Assembly (NCBI GenBank): GCA_004431415.1
Contig: QPMI01000017.1
Span: 248,001-312,000 of the forward strand
DNA length: 64,000 nt
From: Cyanophora paradoxa CCMP329
Lineage: Eukaryota > Plantae > Glaucophyta
Direction: 5' to 3'
Shown: positions 56,801 to 64,000 of the stretch, one piece after another
Position numbering within the stretch: the first letter of the stretch is position 1
Layout: the number at the start of each line of letters is the position of its first letter
Translations under genes and position numbers: made by a program
Notes under the pieces: model-generated
Database searches by the model: none
What the model was told of the DNA's origin: nothing
What the model saw: the letters and a program-made list of their open reading frames with translations, nothing else

Positions 56801-59800
56801 TCACCTGCGCGCCGCTCAGCGCGGGGCTCGCGGCCGGCGGCGCGGACGCTCGCGCCTCGAAGTGCTTGGCCGCCGAGCGGCAGGTGACCCGCATGCGGGG
56901 CACGAGGGGGCGCCAGTCGCCGCGGATGGCGTTGCCGCACTTGTCGTCCGCGAGCAGCTCCAGCGGCGGCGCGAGCACGCCGAACGGGAGCGTCGGGCCC
57001 GCCGCCGCCCCGGCGTCCCACCTCGCCGCGATCTCGTCGATGTCGCCTACGATTTAGAGTCAGGGGTGGCGCGGGCCGGGCGGGCCGGGTCGGCCGGAAA
57101 AGCAGCGCGCACCGACGGTAACCTTCACTGTCGTTTCCATGGACGGAATGCGCTTATCCAGCGACCAGCTCGAGGCCTCCGAATCCTTCCTGATGGCGTG
57201 CACGACAATCGTATGGCTGGCGGGGATGAACAGCCTGCAGCAAGGAATCTGGTGAGACTCCAGACGCGGGAAGCCCCAGATCGAACTCTCGGCGCACGTG
57301 ATAAACGGCTTGTAGAGAGACGCGCCGGCGACGGAAACCGGCGACGCGATGGCGACGGCGACCACCAGTTTCGACTTGGAACGCCTGTCCAGTGTCTGCA
57401 GCGTCTCTCGAGAAAGCGGGGCGCCCTGCAGTCACGGCCGAGCGGGTGAGCGCTGTAGCCATGGGAGGCGAGAGATGGAGATGAGCGAAAGCGCGCCTGG
57501 ATGACGGCTTCCTGCGACTCGCGGCCGCTGTCTGCGAAGGCTGCCGGCTGCGCGTACGCGGCGACAAGGACGCCCAGGCACGACTGCTGCGCCGAGTTGA
57601 GGAGCATCGGCTTCGCCTCCTCCTGCGCCCCGCGCCATCACCGGCCGCGGCGGACGCGAGGAAGGCGGCAACTGCAGAGCCGGGCACCTGCCCGTTGACG
57701 AAGCGGCACTGGATCGTCTGCGCGTCGCCTGCGCGCAGCTCGCTGGGCAGCATCCGATCCACGATCTCGACCTGCGCCGATCTCGAATTCATTGACATCC
57801 TGCCGAGGGCGGGTGCTGGGCGGCGGACCCTGGCGGGAGATAGCCTCTCCACCTGCCTTTCGGCCTCCTGTATTTCCTTCGCGGACGGCTTGCCGCGGAG
57901 GTAGGCGATGGGTATCTGGATGTTGTCTCCGGAATCGGGATGGAACTCCGGCCAGCGCACGTCCCGCAGCGGCTCAATCTGCGCATCGGGGTCAAGCTTA
58001 AGGCCGGTCGAGCGAGCGCTGCGTGCAAGCGCTGGCCTCACCTCGACGAGGCCGTCCATCGCGTCCTTGTCTGGGAAGACGAAGCGCGCGATGGTCCCCA
58101 CGCGCGTCTTCTTCGCTTTCGCCGCGCTCTGGAGAGGGCTCGGCCGCGGCTCGGGCGTACTGGCGCCTGCCCGCTTCCCCTTCCCCTTCCGCGTCTGCGG
58201 TGTGACGGAAGAAGGCAGCGGGGCCGCCCGCGAGCTCCCCGCCCCGGACGGCCTTGAGCTTGGCCCCGGGGTCGACTCCCCCTCGCCCGCGGCCGCGCCC
58301 TCCTCCTCCTCCTCGTCCTCCTCTGCTTCCGCGGCGTCGTCGACGTACTTCACCTACTCAGCCAGGGCGCACGGGCGTCAGCAGGGGCCGGACGACCGCG
58401 AGGCGAGAGCATCGGACCTTGTCGCCTGCTGCGTAGGGCGCATCGCCGAACTCGACACGGTCCACCTGGACGGCACCCTCCTCGCCCCCGCGAATCGCCC
58501 TCGCTCTGTCCGGGGCCCAAGTAACCTGAACGGCGCTCGCGATCACGACCGGCGAGATCGGCATCGATGCGGGCATATCGACAGCTACAGCGCATCGCAC
58601 CTCCTGGTCGTGCTCGCGGTGCATCTTCGCCACCCAGTGGGCGTACTGCTCCCAGAGCTTGGTTTGCTGCGCGACATGGGTCATGATCAAGCTCCCCGGC
58701 CTCCATGAGCGACAAGTAAACGTCGCTCGCGGCACGTACAGCTTGCTTCGGTGCGAGCAGCATGTACTCTTTCACAATCGGCCCGTTCACCTGCACGAGA
58801 TCGCAAAGACCGGTGAGCAGCGTGACTTTGTGAGACCTAGAGCGGCTTGCGGGCGTTACCACGACTTTAATCTTCTGAGTGTCGATTTTTGCGGCCTCGT
58901 GGAGGAAAAGAATTCCTGCGACCGTTTAATTTTAACTACAAGCATAAGCTTAAGGCGCAGCGGGCCGCGGCGGCGACGGGTTGTCGTCGTACCCATGACA
59001 CGGCCGAGGAAGCAACGGAAGGGCGCATCGACGCCCTTGATGTGCTCCTTCCGCCTTGTGTACTTCCCGAGCTGGCTTCGCGGGGGCGGCACCATGAAGG
59101 GGAGGAGCCCCTGCAGCTCCTGCGTGTACTCGTTGACGGGGGAGTTCACGAGTAGGAGGCCGTTCCAGGCCGTGATCACGCGGCTCTCGCGCATGGCCGA
59201 GGCGTCCGCGTCCAACTGCTGCAGCTGCCCGCTCTCCGCCTCGTCGCAGCCAGGGTTCGTCTCCCGCCCGTTCCTGCGTGGAAAATAGTGCAGCACCAGC
59301 TGCGCGACCGCGAGCTGAGCCATGTCTAGAACGAGGGAGCGAAAACGCGCATGCGTGACGAACCATGCCGCAGATGCGCTTGGTGCTGTCTCCGCCCTCG
59401 CGATCGGTGCTGGGGAGGGGGAGGAAGAGGGCGCGGTCGAGCTTGTCCGAAAGCTCGGCGTACAGCTTCCATGCCTTCCGTGCAACCGTCGTCAAAAAGA
59501 GAGGGGATCCCGGACCGCTCTCGAGAAAATAAGCGTGGCTCACCGAGACGCTGCGGGCCCAGTTGGGTAGTGGATTGTGCGTCTTCGTCATCAGATTCTC
59601 GATCGTGTCAGAGAAGACCCTGCACATTGACCCGATTCAATGAGGAAGGATCGGGAGATGCAGGCTAGAATGAGACGCGGAATGGAGAAAGAGGTCTTGG
59701 GGGACGGGTACGGGCGCGCACTTGGTCAGATCGGTGGCGTGGTCTTGGCCGTTTCGACGCTCGACGAAGGAAAGTGTCACGGGGACCGACGTGCTGCCGC

Positions 59801-61490
59801 CGGCGACCAGCCCGCCCCTCATGTACATTGTATACTTCTCCGCCAGGCGCCGCATGATGGTATCCGTCTTCAGCGCTGCGTAGCTGTACAACAGTTGGGG
59901 CGTCGCGATCAGTCCCTTTCGGATTGCGCGGGAAGCACGTGCTGTGGGTGAGCGCGAACCTGGACCAGAAGGGCTTCGAATTCTGCTTGCCCCGCTCGCG
60001 TTCGTCCTCAAGTCCCAGCTGCGGCGCCTGAGTGTATAGCCGGGGAGAGCGGGAGGGGAGGGGCGCCACCTCGTGGGAGACCTCGATGCGGAAGAAGGAG
60101 CCGCGCGCCACGTCCTGGGCGTCCGCCACCCGCTGCCGGACCATCGCCTTGAACTTCCCCTGCGGCGCGCCCGTTAAGGAGCGGCCGCACAGGGGCTCTG
60201 CGCCCCTTCGAGGGCCGCGGGCCTTTGTGAACTCGACGGTGACGACGAAGTCGCACTTGTCCGACTTCGACGTCACGACGATGCGGTTCCCGATGTAGAA
60301 GCCGGCCCGCTTCATGCCCAGGCCGTACCTGCGCAAGCGAGTGAAAAAGGGGCCGCGAGGAGAGCACATATTAGCGGGGTGGCGCACCGGGAGATATCGC
60401 CTGTCATTAGGTGGCTGCTTATGAACTGTGTCATGAGCTGGGTCCTCTCCTGCGGGCTCTGGGGCAGCCGTGGGACGGGCGGCATGTCAGGCCTCGAATT
60501 CTCTTCCGAGCGCTCGTTGTTCATGCTGTACGACAGGCGTCCGAGACTCCTCCTGCGGCGTCGATGAGCCGCCGCACCAGACAGCGGTTTCGGCGGCTGC
60601 ACATGCGTACCCCTCCTCGCGGGTGATGCCGACGCCGTTGTCCTCGACGGATACGACCTGGCGGGCGTTGGCGAGGGCGAGGAGCCGCCGCGAGGGGTAC
60701 AGGCACCCTGCGCTCCGGGTCCACAGTCACGGTGATGCGGCGCCCGCGCTCCGCTGAGTTTTCCCGAGTGGCCTGTATTGCGTTGTCCTGCGTATGCCGC
60801 CGAGGGTACGCGAGTCGGGGGAACGGATGAGGAGGGGTACGCGATCGGGCTGGGCGAGGGGTACAGGTCACGTACGATAAACTCTCCAAAAGCCGCCTCC
60901 AAGCTGCAGTCTTGTTGAAGGGCGTCATGGATCGACTCGTGCGGCGGTATGTCTGAGTAGTCCTTGTGTCAGGCGGGTACCGAACAAGGACCGGGGGGGG
61001 GTACCGCACCGACTTCCTCCTCGAACTCGTACGTCGACGGAGCTCCCGAAGAAGCGGTCGAAGCAGCAGGGGCGGATGGGGCGAGCGGGACGGCGGCCGA
61101 GTTCCTCCCAAGGACAGTAAGGCGTCCGAGGGAGCAGAGGATGCCCCGCGCCTCGTCGCTCCCGTCCAGCCTCTCGCCCAGCGGCTTGCCGTTCTCGTCC
61201 GCCAGAAACGGGTCCTCCTGCCAGCGGCGCATATCATAATCGTGAGTCCATAAGCATTGTGAGGCCGGGCCCGCGGGGCCACGAGGGGAGCGCACGGGCA
61301 GGAAGGACGAGAGCTTGGCGCGCAGATGCTCCAAAACGGGCTCCTCGCGCCCCGAAGACAGGTCGACGTCCGGGACCGTCCGCTCCTCCGCACGCCCCTC
61401 TTTGAAGGCGAGCACCTTCATGTCCTTTGCCGAAGTCATCCGGCCTTAAGGCCTTGGGGATGCGACCTGACGGATGATCCGGATAAGCAT
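50865..61490 (-). CDS. SMCHD1-like: SMCHD1/GMI1-like protein: GHKL ATPase, Ig-like linker, coiled coil, SMC hinge; multi-exon
   Basis: EFI|DNAIQA, EDNGVGI, DISR|YGLGMKRAGFYIG, LHYFP..ETNP, AWNGLL, W..MHREHD; linker repeats with D..GN; hinge GFLGFLAE|MGRVEDD..AIARHLG, YMVNLV, ILFD..YREEV; basic tail KRSRR. Start codon uncertain (61490 or 61439). Confidence 0.85.
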
Positions 61491-62519
61491 CGCCTCGAGT
61501 CGTGCGCATGCATGCGCATCTTACCGCGTCTAAGAGGATGCTAAGCGACCGCAGGTGACGCTAGTGACGAATGAGCTCAAGCGCGGATGAGCTCGAGGTC
61601 GGCCATTCGAACTGCAGAGACCGAATACGTTCAGGTTAGCCATACGAAAGCAATCCATATTACTCTATTACGAGAAGGTCGCCCATGGCCAGGTGAATGC
61701 TGGACTAGCAAACGCACGACCGCGGTCGAGACCGCGATGTACGTACGCGTGCTCTGGCCCGGCGGCGAGCAGAGTAGAAGATCCGCTTGGCTATCGTCTA
61801 GGAGCCGCTCTTTAGCCAGAATGGGGCCCTAAGGCGATTGTCCGGCGTAATGGGAGCGATCAAAACGAAGCAGGACACAACATGAGCGTTCGTTTCCTAG
61901 CTAAAGCACTCCCCGCTGTTCCAGCTAAAGTGTGCGCACTATAGGGGACGTGGGACAAGAAGCTAAGCCCGCGCTGCGCTTCACTTGCGCATGCGGGGAT
62001 TACGCACGACGCTGACGCGACCTCGCTTGGAAGTGAATGAAGGGTCCACTGCGCTCGTACTTATCCGCCGGCTGAAGCTGAAGCGTTCGCCTCGGAGCTA
62101 GCGCTCGCGCTCACCCAGCCCGACTTCCGGGAGGAATTCTCTGCGCGGGGGTACGCGTTAGCAACCGCCGAAGCTGCATTCGCTTGTGCGTGTAAGAGGC
62201 TTTCGAAGGCGGCAAAGTGAGTCGCAGATGTTTCGTCCTTCAGCAAACCTACTCCCGCCGCTCCCGCCGCTCCCGCGCTTGAGCTCGGCGAGATCGGGCA
62301 TTTTTCTTTTTCGGTGGGGTCGGGTGAAAAAAGCCTGGGGTCGCCCGAGAGCGCGCCCGAGAGTAACAAAAAAGCAAGAACTCCGGACGCGGCCCGTGAC
62401 GGGCGAAAAAAGTCGCGTTCGGCCCAAGTTTGAAAGTTGGAGCGGGACGGCACCCCGGCGCTCCGCAGCGTTCAACTCACTCCTCCCTCCGTGTACCTCT
62501 AGCCACCCAGCCCGCCAAC

Positions 62520-63110
62520 ATGCCGCCGAAGGCCGAGAAGAAGCCCGTCGAGAAGAAGGACGTGCGTGGAGCGATGGATGCGCGCGGGCGGGAGGCGTGG
62601 GCGGTGCGCTGACCGGGGCGCGTTCTGGCGTGCGCAGGACGAGGAGAAGAAGGAGGAGCAGCCCAAGAAGGCCGCCAAGGCCCCGAAGGCTGAGAAGGCC
62701 CCCAAGGCCAAGAAGGCCACCAAGGGCGAGAAGAAGGAGGGCGACAAGAAGAAGATTAAGAAGAGCAAGAAGTACACCTTCTCTTCTGTGCGTGGGGGCC
62801 TGCGTGGGCGTGGGAGCGCTCGCGTGCGGGGCGCTGACGCGCGGCGGCGCAGTACATCTTCAAGGTGCTCAAGCAGGTCCACCCGGACACTGGCATGTCC
62901 AAGTCGGCGATGTCCATCATGAACTCGTTCGTGACGGACATGTTCGAGAAGATCTCGACGGAGGCTGGCAAGCTTGTTCGCCAGAACAAGTCCCAGACCC
63001 TCTCGTCCCGGGAGATCCAGACGGCCGTCCGCCTGCTCCTGCCCGGCGAGCTGGCCAAGCACGCCGTGTCGGAGGGCACCAAGGCGGTGACCAAGTTCAC
63101 CTCGGCCTAA
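62520..63110 (+). CDS. H2B: Histone H2B with two introns (62562-62637, 62788-62852)
   Basis: MPPKAEKKP.. tail; [52 protein letters not shown]. Confidence 0.97.
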
Positions 63111-63624
63111 AGGACCTGCCTCTGACTACCTACCTACGGTGTCTTTTGACACCTCTCTCTCCTCTTCGAACCCGTGGCGTCTGCGCGCGTAGCGTAGCTG
63201 GGCGCGGGGCCTTGCTCGGGCAGCGTGGCGCGGCGCGCAGCAGGCGTAGCGAGCAGTGAGTGGCCTCGGTGTACGCGTTGCGCCTTCCGTTGCTCTTGGT
63301 GAGGCGTTCGCGTAGCGCGTTTGCTAGCCCCGCCGGTGTTGGCGTAATTTGAATTTTGAGCTGCTTGCATCTTTCTTGAACTCGATTAGCGTCGCTTTCG
63401 TAGAGTAGCAGTTACAGCTAGCGTCAGGGTTATGCAGGCGTGCAGGAGCTGGTTTTGTTGTTTGAATTTCAAAGCATGTATATTTATTCGGAGACAGTGG
63501 CAGTTGCGTTCAGCCCTGCAGATCTAGTTTGCGTCCCCAGCGCGAACAGCGCGTGCTCTGCTGAGGCTGCCTCAAGCTAGACATGCTCAGGGGATAATGC
63601 ATGACCAGGATGCGGAATGCCCAT

Positions 63625-64000
63625 TCACGCATCGTAATCTACCCCCGGCACGCCGATGTCCGCCTCGTTTGCCCTCTGCAAGAGAAAGATTGTGCCCTTG
63701 TTCCCTCTGCTAATCTGTTGAGCAGGCCGGGCGTTAGGAGGGAAGCAACTGACGCGCGCCGCGAGGGAGGCGATCTGCTGCGTATGCGCACTCGGAAGTC
63801 GGCATCCAGGTAGGTCACGTCCAGCCAGCCCTTCGCCTCGTCGCCGAGAAGACGGAAAGGGACGGGATACGGGACGCGGACGGGGAGCGCCCTGAACCTA
63901 AACGCCGCCCGATCGAAAGCAAACTTGACGCGCGTGCCGTTGGGGTCAATCGTTGCAGCCGCCTCCACGGTCAGCTTCCCGTTCAAAGGGCCGAGATCCG
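63625..64000 (-). CDS. PAP/fibrillin family plastid lipid-associated protein, 3' end
   Basis: VPYPVPFRLLGDEAKGWLDVTYL..R|ISRGNKGTIFLLQR after removing one intron. Confidence 0.88.

Noticed and set aside
12223-62000. Hundreds of long P/R/A/G-rich ORFs on all six frames, including 16767-21455 (1562 aa)
   Set aside because: Artefacts of very high GC and stop-free short introns; real products appear only after splicing.
1-64000. tRNA, rRNA or snRNA genes
   Set aside because: None recognised by eye; a covariance-model scan would be needed to exclude them.

Overview
Eukaryotic genomic DNA, most likely from a plastid-bearing protist or alga. It has GC-rich genes broken by many ~55-90 bp introns, a fibrillin gene and a plant-like H2B tail; a glaucophyte such as Cyanophora is a guess, not verified. 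(1) 1-12222 is an AT-rich, intron-free, endogenous Polinton/Maverick-like viral region that looks like two nested elements. Element A carries a protein-primed PolB, an rve integrase and a tandem DUF5710 protein. Element B carries a 5'-truncated SF1 helicase-HNH, a second rve integrase, a second tandem DUF5710 protein, a bacterial-type S-adenosylmethionine decarboxylase, a Dam-like methyltransferase and a Zn-ribbon protein. The region ends in ...CA directly inside an exon of (2) an RNF213-like AAA+/RZ-finger gene (12223-22967), which also lacks two segments carrying ATPase motifs. (3) 23000-31900 is a transposon graveyard of hAT-type MITEs with 8-bp TSDs, hairpin+polyA retro-insertions and minisatellites. 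(4) 31945-64000 holds nine host genes in strictly alternating orientation: DUF4062-NACHT-TPR, a PIWI-clade Argonaute lacking the first catalytic Asp, a SET protein with SIM-like motifs, a membrane DnaJ protein, a small Zn-finger protein, an AGC/DFD kinase, a full-length SMCHD1/GMI1-like protein, H2B and a fibrillin. The strongest leads are the SAM-decarboxylase/methylase cassette in a polinton-like element, the nested insertion into an immune E3 gene, and a possible clustered Piwi-SET-SMCHD1 silencing/defence module. Gene models were spliced by eye, so boundaries are approximate.
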